The notes under the pieces: generated by a model
What the model saw: the letters and a program-made list of their open reading frames with translations, nothing else
What the model was told of the DNA's origin: nothing
Database searches by the model: none
Source: a virus
Lineage: Duplodnaviria > Caudoviricetes
Virus record (IMG/VR): IMGVR_UViG_3300029286_000055
Coordinates: 1 to 51,775 of that record
Strand: one strand, 5' to 3'
DNA: 51,775 nucleotides
In this document: positions 10,401-18,515 of the stretch, piece after piece
Layout of the letters: every line of letters begins with the position of its first letter
Numbering within the stretch: the first letter of the stretch is position 1
Made by a program: the position numbers and the translations under genes

Positions 10401-12668
10401 GGATTGAATTGTCAATTCTTTTTGGGCTTTTGCCAGTTTTTCGGCGGTATCTTTAACAGAAAGTTTATATACCCCTGTTTCAATTCTTTCTACTTCGTTT
10501 CGCATCTCTGAATATTTTAAAAAGGCTTTTTCGTACTCTGTACCAAGGGCTTTAATGCGTTCTTTATTTCTGTCAAAATCTTTGTTTAAGTCCTGGGCCC
10601 CACTTCGAACATCTTCCCAAAATCTTAAATATGCGGCCCTAGCCTCTTCGCTTGCGTCGGAAAAATCTTCTAGCATTTCCCCCGCGTAAGCTACCCCATC
10701 CGAAAATGGATTTAATCTTTTTTCAACTTCGCCCGTCATTTCTCCAAGGGCGGCCATTTCCGCCGTTACGTCATTAAGCATAAGTGACCATGCTAGCTCT
10801 TCATCACCTGTTGAAAAAATTTCTCTTAATTTAATATATGCTACTTGCAAGGAAAGAATAGCTTGAACAAGTCCCAGGACTACGTACTTTGTTAAATCAA
10901 TAAACACTTCCCAAAGTCTTCCCGCTGCCCCAGTTAGTCTATCAAACGCGCTTATTGTTTCCTCAACTTCACTTTGTACCTCGTCCATACCCCCTGGAAA
11001 TCTATTTAATACTCCCGCAAAAGCTTCGCTTTCTTTTGCTAACTGCGCCACCGCCTCATAAACTGCGTATATAACTAATGTTAGTGGTAAAATACGTGTG
11101 GCAAATATTTCAAGGGCCGAGTTAAGACTTATGGAAATTCCAAGGTAGGCTGTTGTTATTATATTCAAAGCCTTCATAGCCAGAACAACACCGACAATAA
11201 TAAATGTGTATTTTACTAATGTACCAATAAGTATGAGAGTTACACCAAGAAAATCCTTCATTCCCGCAACTATACTGATAATTGGCCCAGGCATCTCAGC
11301 CAAGAATTTTGCTAAGCGAAGTTGTATCTTTATATATTCCCTTGTAAATACTCCCGCCTCCCCTATTTTTCTATCCATCTCATCAAATGTCTTGTTGAGT
11401 GTTGTAGTAAGCCCAGCTATAGTTTTTGTCTGTTCTATTGCCGCATCGTTAAATACTTCTGACTTTTTCAAAACTTCATTTAATCGAAGTCTAGTCATAG
11501 TTTCATCATCTATTTGCTCAACAGTAAGCCCCGAAAGTTTAACAAATTCTTTAACTGCCTCATTATTTTTTACAAGGTCAATGTTGTACCCATCTAAAAC
11601 ATTCGCTGAGCCTTTAATTCCCGAAACTAAATTCTTAACAACTTCAATTAATTGTGAATCGGTAGCGGCTGCAATATCCATCGAGCTTTTTAATAGGCTC
11701 ATATTTTCTTCTATAGTCGCGCCCGTATTCTTAGATTCAGACACTAAGAATTTTATTGAGCTAGCAATTTCCGCTCTTGTAAAAACAGTTGTTTCATATA
11801 AATTCTGTAGTTCTTCTGTCCAAAGCCGCATTGTTCCAACAGATTCCTCACCAAGTGAAGAGATGAAACCTTTAAGAGTAAACGAAAAACTACTCATAGT
11901 TTTTTCAAACTCTTGAAATTTACCTTGAGCATCGGTTATAGATTTTGTCATACCTTCCCCAATGCTTGCGATAAAGTCCCCAATATAGACAAGGGCTGCC
12001 GTTATTGCCCCCGATACTGAAATTGTAAGTATCCCAGCAAACTTAATTAACTTACCGATAAAGCTGACTGTCTTACTTTCAGAATCCTCCATCACGTAAC
12101 CAAGGCCCCACAAAAGAGGCCCCAAAACTGTAACTGCCTCAATTGTGGCTGCAAATGGTACGGCTTTTAACGCTGTGCCAATATTCCCAACTATTCCCCT
12201 AAACTTTCCTAAAGCCCCCGTTGTTTTTGTTATCTCTTCCCCTGTCTTTCCTACGTTATTCATCAACTTTCCAAAAAAGGCCGCTAAACCTAACGCAGCA
12301 ATACCTTCGAGGGCTGCCTTCAAAATTTTTGTACTTTCTATTGGCTCTTGTATTTCCTCGCTTGCCTGTACATACACCTCTTTATTAACTTCACCGAAAG
12401 ATTGTGTTGTCGTTTTTAGATTGGCGATTTGCTGAGTAAGTTCTTTTATGGAGTTATTTAGTTCTGTTATGCCTGATATATCTACCTTTGGTATATTTTT
12501 CAAAAATTCCTGTTGTAGCTTTACCCCCTTTATGTCAAGGGTTGTTTTCGCATAGCGGGCCATATTCTTTGCATAATCTTCAGCATTTTTTTCCGCTTCC
12601 TTAAATCCTTTTCCCGTCGCGTCCTCAACACTTATTTTAATTCTAAACTCGCTCGCTTTAACCGCCAT
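7467..12668 (-). CDS. Tape measure protein
   Basis: 1733 aa, helical, hydrophobic segments, Trp-periodic repeats, FAxGG motifs; follows the tail chaperones. Confidence 0.92.
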   Translation of the reverse strand: MAVKASEFRIKISVEDATGKGFKEAEKNAEDYAKNMARYAKTTLDIKGVKLQQEFLKNIPKVDISGITELNNSIKELTQQIANLKTTTQSFGEVNKEVYVQASEEIQEPIESTKILKAALEGIAALGLAAFFGKLMNNVGKTGEEITKTTGALGKFRGIVGNIGTALKAVPFAATIEAVTVLGPLLWGLGYVMEDSESKTVSFIGKLIKFAGILTISVSGAITAALVYIGDFIASIGEGMTKSITDAQGKFQEFEKTMSSFSFTLKGFISSLGEESVGTMRLWTEELQNLYETTVFTRAEIASSIKFLVSESKNTGATIEENMSLLKSSMDIAAATDSQLIEVVKNLVSGIKGSANVLDGYNIDLVKNNEAVKEFVKLSGLTVEQIDDETMTRLRLNEVLKKSEVFNDAAIEQTKTIAGLTTTLNKTFDEMDRKIGEAGVFTREYIKIQLRLAKFLAEMPGPIISIVAGMKDFLGVTLILIGTLVKYTFIIVGVVLAMKALNIITTAYLGISISLNSALEIFATRILPLTLVIYAVYEAVAQLAKESEAFAGVLNRFPGGMDEVQSEVEETISAFDRLTGAAGRLWEVFIDLTKYVVLGLVQAILSLQVAYIKLREIFSTGDEELAWSLMLNDVTAEMAALGEMTGEVEKRLNPFSDGVAYAGEMLEDFSDASEEARAAYLRFWEDVRSGAQDLNKDFDRNKERIKALGTEYEKAFLKYSEMRNEVERIETGVYKLSVKDTAEKLAKAQKELTIQSIDMERIKLGRFKEISDELQTLRIEELKNAGESIEAIQGEFKKRTSMFEAHVRGLSLLGNLTKSQKKLIEEYRNELQKAEKAAIQAETLKKLKESLGDFNEELKRYKEKTRDINLELQKQNVTERTFIDLEKEKAKEGAVVLREQLLGLGRLDDATKEILDNYIAAIDAQADLKKGALGFGSISLGEIFGEIPSGEELTIGVTEGMQAISDMYDKSGSVIDAVSSISISQMGESLFSLAGDFAKMLWAKAVEWISKISLNDLWTVVLTFFETAAMFFDPRVISQFVDMAEFLADLPNELVKAFSKLDSIIGKMLSSLPSAIDRLLAKLPSIIDSIASKLPELSRVLLSALGKIIERAPFIFSSLIERIPEITAALLSNAPKVIDKFFQALPVLVQKVVATLPQTFAEIARNADEIVLALVRGLLTATGQIAIVLVDELIRKGGIFKIAGELIKAMPKIAMAFVQGVAEGLANVVKDFASYLFGGGISLPSSLTDMPEKIAEEATDFLENIAKSASQVFQVTELAMEGRAIDTADRLREAIISSVNIAAVKIQGLWDKLKEAWQWIRTNIIDPILNALRSVWQWVMDNIITPLTTGISAAWKWVMDNIVTPLTSGLSKIWEKAANLLGDFAGTIAGLGKGIWEGFKAALEKIPSFFTDIGDDIWQGLLSGLSGLSTFFTDLFNDLNPANLLEKIFKLPDGWSGQGAVETILGIDVPMVSFAQGGLVAGKAMVPGDSEANDRILAYVSPGEAIIPRSLMSNPRVAKLVAKILNGEIPKFAEGTLGDVWGGITGGFDSLFGGVQEILGPISEVVGEQVMIAISRNGAMAQDAWNNLEEGARNAWSKTWEEGSKILRYLNPEELWKQVREQAMVSVLKMFEANKFADGGIIGEGVPMVGHKGEFVVNRDDTRRNMGLLTRINNGESPSFSGGNINIENITINAKTNLDADSMRREVLPALERELKRKSQDGRFVLSLKGVRA
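8550..8722 (-). repeat. Three 19-aa (57-bp) tandem repeats WxWxxxNIxxPxxxxxxxx in the tape measure
   Basis: WQWIRTNIIDPILNALRSV / WQWVMDNIITPLTTGISAA / WKWVMDNIVTPLTSGLSKI; bounds approximate. Confidence 0.75.
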
Positions 12669-13090
12669 TATTTGGCCCCCTTTTTCGGGAATATGGATTT
12701 TAAAACCGCTTCTGTGTATGTTCGAACATCAAGCCATATCTTAGCGTAAAATCTATCTTTCCATCTTGCTACGAAATGCGGAAAAACTTCACAAAATATA
12801 TCCTCTTGATTTTCAAATGATCCCTCTTTAGGCATTATACCAGTATCACACGCAACCCTGCATTGATTAAAAAGAATTGCCATGTCTTCAAACCATGTGG
12901 CCTTTCCTGGGCAGAAAAGAAAATCAAGTCCAAAGTCGTCAACTTTTCTAGGCTTTTTAAGATTGTCAAACCCAGGCTCTTCGCATCTTCTTAGTTTTGC
13001 ATTCGCGGGATTCTTGCGACAAAGTTCGCAGTTATAGATATCCCGCGTTTTAGCCTCGGCAAAGTGAAGATCAACAAGAGCCTCTATCAG
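12668..13090 (-). CDS. Tail assembly chaperone extension (lambda T-like), reached by -1 frameshift
   Basis: The frame of the 71-aa ORF stays open upstream to 13090 (LIEALVDLHF...), beginning at the slippery site. Confidence 0.8.
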   Translation of the reverse strand: MIEALVDLHFAEAKTRDIYNCELCRKNPANAKLRRCEEPGFDNLKKPRKVDDFGLDFLFCPGKATWFEDMAILFNQCRVACDTGIMPKEGSFENQEDIFCEVFPHFVARWKDRFYAKIWLDVRTYTEAVLKSIFPKKGAK

Positions 13091-13563
13091 TTTTTTGCTG
13101 CGGTCTTGTGAGAACCCAAAACCAAAATTGAATAAACAGCAAATATCTCACTGGTTATACCAAGTTGTTCGAGGTCTGCAATCGTGTCCTCGTGAACATA
13201 CCCGTCTTTATCTTTTTTGAATTTAATTCTATCTTCAACCGTAAGAGTTTCGGGTTGCCTAATGTCTTTAAGACAATACTTAACGACCCTATGTTGCCAT
13301 GACCCCAGGGCTACTTTGGGAGTTCCGTCCTCATCCTTGCCGCCAATCATCGAGTTTTTAATATACTCGGCTTCCCTTCCCTTTAGTGTGAAGTTACAAA
13401 GAAAAACGGTAGGCTGTGCGTCGGGAATAAACTTTAGATGGGTAATGTCTCCCGTCTTTCGATACTCTTCATAATCGCTGTTTTCAAGGTCTAATGCGTC
13501 ATCAGCTTCCACGATAATCTCAACTGCGTTAATTGACTTCTTTGGAATTGCTCTAATAGCCAT
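13087..13563 (-). CDS. Tail assembly chaperone (lambda G-like)
   Basis: Between tail tube and tape measure; ends GCA AAA AAC TGA. Confidence 0.8.
   Translation of the reverse strand: MAIRAIPKKSINAVEIIVEADDALDLENSDYEEYRKTGDITHLKFIPDAQPTVFLCNFTLKGREAEYIKNSMIGGKDEDGTPKVALGSWQHRVVKYCLKDIRQPETLTVEDRIKFKKDKDGYVHEDTIADLEQLGITSEIFAVYSILVLGSHKTAAKN
13090..13096 (-). other. Slippery heptamer A AAA AAC (-1 programmed frameshift)
   Basis: X XXY YYZ pattern immediately before the stop codon; -1 frame open to 12668. Confidence 0.85.
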
Positions 13564-13607
13564 GTAATACCCCCTTGTGAAAAATTGTGTTACCTATTTT
13601 TATCATT

Positions 13608-13648
13608 AAAAAACCGCTTTAGGCTAGTGCCTTAAAGCGGTTTAAAAA
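13608..13648 (-). terminator. Intrinsic terminator after the tail tube gene
   Basis: AAACCGCTTTAGGC-TAGT-GCCTTAAAGCGGTTT stem (one bulge) with a U tract on the minus strand. Confidence 0.8.
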
Positions 13649-13672
13649 GGTTTTCCCTTTAAAAAAGGGGTA

Positions 13673-15268
13673 TTATCTGAATTCTACCGAAACAGGGTCC
13701 TTTGCGCCAGGGGATGATTCATAGAAATTACCCTCAAGCGTTACAGGGGTTGTACCATTCTCAGGAACATCAATTGAAGGGACCGAAGGAATCCACTTCG
13801 GGGCTGTGATCTTAAGATAACGTCCAGAGGATGCGTTGCCTAAGATAAGCTCAGGGTCGAAGCCTTCGAACTTGGAAGTCTGAACCACTTCTGAGAAGTT
13901 CTCATTTGAAAGGTCAAAAGTGACACTCATTGACATTGTGAGCCTGTTTCCTGCCACAAAGCCCGCGTTAGCATCGCGTCCAAAGTAGCTGTCAAGATCC
14001 ACATGGTCGTTATTGAACGATATCGTTACGCTCGAAACGTCGATTTCTGAGCCGCTTGCACGAAGCTTGAACGATCCAACAAGATCGGTATAGATATTGT
14101 CTCTTGCCGTTTGTTGTACTGCCCCAGGGTGCCAAGGTGCGATGAATCCATTATCACCAACAGTGACCGCGCCGCTCAGGGTTAACGTATGTGTTAACTC
14201 GGTAATGGAGCTTACTGTTAACGTTCCATCGGCCCCGTGTAAAATGGTTCTACCGTCGGTATCCACAACCATAACGGGGGCCCCTTCGTCATAGCGATCT
14301 GTCTGGCCGTTCTCAACAACAACCGCCGCAACACCTGACACCGCGCCGTTTACTTTTGCGAGGCCCGCGATAACTCTCTTCTCTGCTTTTCCTGTCCAAC
14401 CCGCCGTAGCTGGCCCGTCACCTGGGAATTCTAGGGAACACTCACGGACATAACTGCCTGTGTAATATTCGCCGAAAATTGTTGATACACGAACCGTTGA
14501 GAAGTAGAAAGCTGGGAGCCCTTGGGTGTACTTGATGTAAGTACTTGCCAAAGTTGTCTCAGTTCCTAAAAGTTGTTCCCAAAGAAGCCTTACCGCAGTG
14601 TCGATTGAATCCCCAGCGAGGCCGCTCATGTTGACATAGGTTTGGATATCAAACTCTGCCACTTTTTTGCTCTTCACGATACCAGAATGGAAGCGTGAGC
14701 TTCTGTGCATGTTCGATTCGATTGGTTGATTGAAAGTTGGGCCGCCTGTTGTGTAGAGTAAAAAGTCTTGGTCGTTTGTTCCCACGGCTTCGATGCCCGC
14801 ATTGGCTACACCAAGTTTTAGCTCGGCTGTAACGTCAAGAGTCGATCCCGCTGTTATAACAACCGCAGAGGTTGTGCCTGTAAACTGCGAATGAATAACA
14901 TAGAGGCCGCCCGAAAACTCAACCCATACTCTTCCATCTTGGCCCGCAGCTAAAAGGGCTGCGTTAATCTTTAGTTCAAGCTCGGCTGCAATCAAAACGC
15001 CCGAAGTTTTGCCCGCGTTCGTAGTCGCAAAATTTACAACCGCGCCGCCGTCAACTGATACTTTTCCATTCACATTAGAGCTTGCGCTTATGTCTGTGGA
15101 AGGCGTCGCATCGCTAGTCGAGCTTCCTTGTGTTCCGATTCTTGGGGCTTGGAAAGTTCTGGGAGTCGCTTCTTTCCTAAGAAATATCGCCCCGTCAAGT
15201 CCCAGGTTGTACCCTTGTTTGTCACCGTTGTAAATTTGTGAGTAGTCTACTTTTGAACGATATTTCAT
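13673..15268 (-). CDS. Major tail (tube) protein with inserted accessory domains
   Basis: Directly upstream of the chaperones; strong RBS; followed by a terminator; tube-like C-terminus. Confidence 0.75.
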   Translation of the reverse strand: MKYRSKVDYSQIYNGDKQGYNLGLDGAIFLRKEATPRTFQAPRIGTQGSSTSDATPSTDISASSNVNGKVSVDGGAVVNFATTNAGKTSGVLIAAELELKINAALLAAGQDGRVWVEFSGGLYVIHSQFTGTTSAVVITAGSTLDVTAELKLGVANAGIEAVGTNDQDFLLYTTGGPTFNQPIESNMHRSSRFHSGIVKSKKVAEFDIQTYVNMSGLAGDSIDTAVRLLWEQLLGTETTLASTYIKYTQGLPAFYFSTVRVSTIFGEYYTGSYVRECSLEFPGDGPATAGWTGKAEKRVIAGLAKVNGAVSGVAAVVVENGQTDRYDEGAPVMVVDTDGRTILHGADGTLTVSSITELTHTLTLSGAVTVGDNGFIAPWHPGAVQQTARDNIYTDLVGSFKLRASGSEIDVSSVTISFNNDHVDLDSYFGRDANAGFVAGNRLTMSMSVTFDLSNENFSEVVQTSKFEGFDPELILGNASSGRYLKITAPKWIPSVPSIDVPENGTTPVTLEGNFYESSPGAKDPVSVEFR

Positions 15269-15299
15269 TTGGCTCTCTCCCTATTTTTAAAAATGATAA

Positions 15300-16022
15300 T
15301 TAGTTTCTGTATTGAATTATACCATACCCATTCGCTGCCGCTTCAGAGGATACTCTAAGTGTGTCTAAAATGCCGCGCTTGCATTCCCCACAAACAAAAC
15401 ATTCACCCTTACCAAGCCTTGTGCCTGTTGTCGTGATAACAGTTCCAAAACCTATCTGTAAATAGTTAGAGGTATTCACTGCATCATTACAAATGGTAAA
15501 CCCGCGATGATTTGCAATAATATTTGCATCAAGAATCGCATCGGCTGCACTTACTCCGTCGGTAGTTTTGCTGATTGTAAAACCTGAGTCAACATCAGCA
15601 ATATCCGTCGTGACACCGTAGCCAGAATTGGTAATAGTTAAGGTATCGGTTAAACGAGTCGTGACAAAAGGGGTCCCTGTCACCGCGTCCAAGGAAGTTT
15701 TAATATTTGTTGCAACTGTTACGGCTGTGTCACCTGTTGCAATGTCAACTTCCACAAGCGTTGCGCCTGTAATTGTTGGGGCTGTGCTTCCATTGTCAAC
15801 GTCAATCCAAATGCCATACTTTACAGCGTTAAGAGCCGAGTAAATCACGAATGACTTACCGCCCAATGCGCCCGCAACATCGGCGATTGTTTGGACCGAA
15901 CTAACTTCTTTTACTTCGATTCCGGCTGTGCCTCTTACGAAAGAGACTGTGCCAGCCCTGGAAGTTTGGGCAAAGGAATTGGTAGAAACAAATAGGAGAG
16001 CTAAGAGAATATACTTTAACAT
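15300..16022 (-). CDS. Signal-peptide-bearing beta-sandwich protein with inserted domain; paralogue of 16048..16425
   Basis: MLKYILLALLFVSTNSFA|Q; C-terminal GFTICND..YLQIG..CFVCGECK..QYR. Confidence 0.75.
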   Translation of the reverse strand: MLKYILLALLFVSTNSFAQTSRAGTVSFVRGTAGIEVKEVSSVQTIADVAGALGGKSFVIYSALNAVKYGIWIDVDNGSTAPTITGATLVEVDIATGDTAVTVATNIKTSLDAVTGTPFVTTRLTDTLTITNSGYGVTTDIADVDSGFTISKTTDGVSAADAILDANIIANHRGFTICNDAVNTSNYLQIGFGTVITTTGTRLGKGECFVCGECKRGILDTLRVSSEAAANGYGIIQYRN

Positions 16023-16047
16023 GGTCGTAATCCTTTCTTTTCGAAAA

Positions 16048-16425
16048 TTATGGTCTGTACTGAATCACTGAGTATCCGTTTGTCGCCGCTTGGCCTTCCA
16101 CTTTCAAAGTCTTTAGAATGCCTGACTTGCAGTTAGCACACTCTAAGCACTTTCCTTTATCAAGTCTGATACCGTCGGTTGTAACATCGGCGGCCTGTCC
16201 TATTTGAAGATATGTTGACGTGTTTACGGGGTCGTTACAGATTTTGAAACCTGTAATATTCGAATAAACGCTTGCTGTTGGGATAGCTGCGGCTGTCGTT
16301 GTTCCAACATCAGTGTGATATGTTGACACGTAGGCCGTTTTGTTCACGGATGTAAACATGTCTTGAGAAAACGCCGCTGAACAAACAAAAAGAAAACTCA
16401 CCAAAATCGCTAAAATCTTTCTCAT
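16048..16425 (-). CDS. Signal-peptide-bearing small Cys-containing beta-sandwich protein
   Basis: MRKILAILVSFLFVCSAAFS|Q; GFKICND..YLQIG..CLECANCK..QYR. Confidence 0.75.
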   Translation of the reverse strand: MRKILAILVSFLFVCSAAFSQDMFTSVNKTAYVSTYHTDVGTTTAAAIPTASVYSNITGFKICNDPVNTSTYLQIGQAADVTTDGIRLDKGKCLECANCKSGILKTLKVEGQAATNGYSVIQYRP

Positions 16426-16437
16426 CTCTCATTCTCC

Positions 16438-16899
16438 TTACAAGTCAAAAAGTTTTGTTCGATACCTTATCGAAAAGTTTACCTCATAAATGCGGTTAGC
16501 TTCAATCATATTCAAATCAGGCACGATACTTACTGGTTTTAATTCTACCACTTTAGGGTGAATCCTAAAAGCGTCATTGATCTCGGCTGTAGGGCTATTA
16601 GCATAAATTGCCTTGAACACATCCCTAACAAATTGATTCATAATGCTATCTGCTAAGTTACCTTTATGCCAAAGCTGCAAGCTTATTTCCCAAGCCCCCT
16701 TTAAAACAGGATGCTCGGTTTCAAGGTTATCAACAGTTTCTAAGATAAAAATAGCGGGCAATTGAAAGTCGTTAAGCTCCATACCCATTGGTATTTTATC
16801 GTAATAAACCTTTTTTACCCCTGTAGTATAGGCATTTGCAGTCGTTATTGACTCTAAGCGAGTAGCCAGGGCTTGAAGGATTTGCACTTTTACTGACAT
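16438..16899 (-). CDS. Putative tail terminator protein
   Basis: 153 aa; position before the tail tube; ILQALATRL and LPAIFI pattern. Confidence 0.65.
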   Translation of the reverse strand: MSVKVQILQALATRLESITTANAYTTGVKKVYYDKIPMGMELNDFQLPAIFILETVDNLETEHPVLKGAWEISLQLWHKGNLADSIMNQFVRDVFKAIYANSPTAEINDAFRIHPKVVELKPVSIVPDLNMIEANRIYEVNFSIRYRTKLFDL

Positions 16900-17516
16900 T
16901 ACTTGCCCTCGCTTGCGAGAACTTGGGCAAAGGTAAGCGCGTACCCATCAACTGCCTTTTCCACTGCGGGGGTAAGATACGGTCTTGCAGGAATCTTCGA
17001 TCTGTTTACAAGCCAAAAGATTGGTGACCAAACCTTTCTTTCTTCTCCGTCCACTATATTATAGCCCCCTGTCCACCTAGCCGCGATCTGTGTAGCGTGC
17101 CCAAAAATATCATACCGTCTTGGGTCGCCCTTCATAAGATTCACAAATTCTCTTGGGGTCATTCTCCCTGCGATTGGGTGGTTAGGTATCCAAAGCTTTT
17201 TAGCTTTCTTTGGTCTTATCACCCCACCTGGAAGCCCCGCGCTACCATACTCGTGTATACGCGCATAGGGGATATTCCGAACCCCCACGAACCCAGCGGG
17301 GTCGCCGTTTTCCACAACGACACTTGAGTAAATTGCATTGAGAAGCCCGCCCGAAAGTCTTCGGTTGTTTCGTCCCGTGAAGTTTTCTATGGCGTTTCTC
17401 TTTGCCATGCGTTCGCCTTCCAAAACAGTTCGCACAAGAGCTTTAGCCTTTGCCCTGTCAAACATAGTTTTGGCGTTTTTAATAAACTCAACAATTTGCC
17501 CGAAGTCGTATATCAT
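16899..17516 (-). CDS. Putative tail completion / neck protein (HK97 gp10-like)
   Basis: SGGLLNAI, PYARIHEYG and IPARPYLTPA motifs; start moved to the ATG overlapping the upstream stop. Confidence 0.75.
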   Translation of the reverse strand: MIYDFGQIVEFIKNAKTMFDRAKAKALVRTVLEGERMAKRNAIENFTGRNNRRLSGGLLNAIYSSVVVENGDPAGFVGVRNIPYARIHEYGSAGLPGGVIRPKKAKKLWIPNHPIAGRMTPREFVNLMKGDPRRYDIFGHATQIAARWTGGYNIVDGEERKVWSPIFWLVNRSKIPARPYLTPAVEKAVDGYALTFAQVLASEGK

Positions 17517-18106
17517 TTGTTCCTTTGTGCCATGCCTATTTGTGGGCATTCATATACTCGGTACGCTTGAAGCTTTGAGATAACGGCCTTCGGTAGCCCT
17601 GTTTTAGGGTCCCAGGCTGATGAGTAGCTTTCTGATTCACCCTCTTTAGAGCGTGAGGAAATATCCTCTGCGTTCCTTGATTTTCTTTGGTACTCAGCTT
17701 TTACCGATTGGTAAACGCATAGCTTCACGTCATCAGGTACAGAAGCGTACCCGTAGGTATAATCTAAATATACTATACCTCGATAAAATGGGGTGTTCAT
17801 TGTGGTTAAAATGATTCCCGTTGTGTCGAAGTAGTAATTTTCTGAGTCGAGCGGGGAAGCATCCGAGGCCCCGAACTTTATCGCCTGTACACTTATGATT
17901 GGGAAAAACTTAGGTACGATAACATCGGCGTCAAGCCCGTCAAGTCTTTCGTTTGTAGCCACATGAGATTGAAAATCCACTTCGCAGTAGTTTATGACTG
18001 ACTGTTCGACAGACTTTCGAAAGATTTCTATCAAAGCATCCTGCGTGGTATCCCCAGAGTCGATGCCAAGATATGCTTTGTTATCGGCTAATGTGGTTAA
18101 AGGCAT
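17513..18106 (-). CDS. Head-tail adaptor/connector protein
   Basis: KAYLGI..DALIE and YTYGYASVPDDVK motifs; follows the capsid gene. Confidence 0.8.
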   Translation of the reverse strand: MPLTTLADNKAYLGIDSGDTTQDALIEIFRKSVEQSVINYCEVDFQSHVATNERLDGLDADVIVPKFFPIISVQAIKFGASDASPLDSENYYFDTTGIILTTMNTPFYRGIVYLDYTYGYASVPDDVKLCVYQSVKAEYQRKSRNAEDISSRSKEGESESYSSAWDPKTGLPKAVISKLQAYRVYECPQIGMAQRNK

Positions 18107-18112
18107 TTTATT

Positions 18113-18436
18113 TTACTTCCTATGAATTCTTTTTCGTCCAACACCTTCCATTGCGCGATTAGATGAAACTACCGCTAACGGGGTCTCAACTACTTCCTTT
18201 TTTTCTTCGAGCTTTGTCACTTCAACAATGTTCCCAACAACTTGATAGCTCCCACCCCTTAGATTATCCATATCACAATGGCCGCCTCGAGCCAGCCTGT
18301 TGGGATAGTTTCTTAGAAGCGTAGGTGCCAGGGTTTCTTTAACAATAAGCTTTTGATTTGCTTGTAGCATGATCCCGCCGCATTCTACGATAGGAATTGC
18401 ACTCATTTTTTCACTTACAAAAACTACGCACTTCAT
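18113..18436 (-). CDS. Hypothetical protein (head region)
   Basis: 107-aa ORF with RBS between capsid and adaptor genes. Confidence 0.6.
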   Translation of the reverse strand: MKCVVFVSEKMSAIPIVECGGIMLQANQKLIVKETLAPTLLRNYPNRLARGGHCDMDNLRGGSYQVVGNIVEVTKLEEKKEVVETPLAVVSSNRAMEGVGRKRIHRK

Positions 18437-18455
18437 TCTAATACCCCTTAAATTT

Positions 18456-18493
18456 AATGCCCCCTACCCTTCATAGGTAGGGTAGGGGGCATT
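18456..18493 (-). terminator. Stem-loop / terminator after the major capsid gene
   Basis: 15-bp stem AATGCCCCCTACCCT / AGGGTAGGGGGCATT; weak U tract. Confidence 0.7.
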
Positions 18494-18515
18494 TAATTAG
18501 TTATCAAAACAATTC

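Noticed and set aside
7591-12435. Long plus-strand ORFs (about 100-236 aa) opposite the tape measure gene
   Set aside because: Antisense shadows with no recognisable motifs; expected from the codon bias of the real gene
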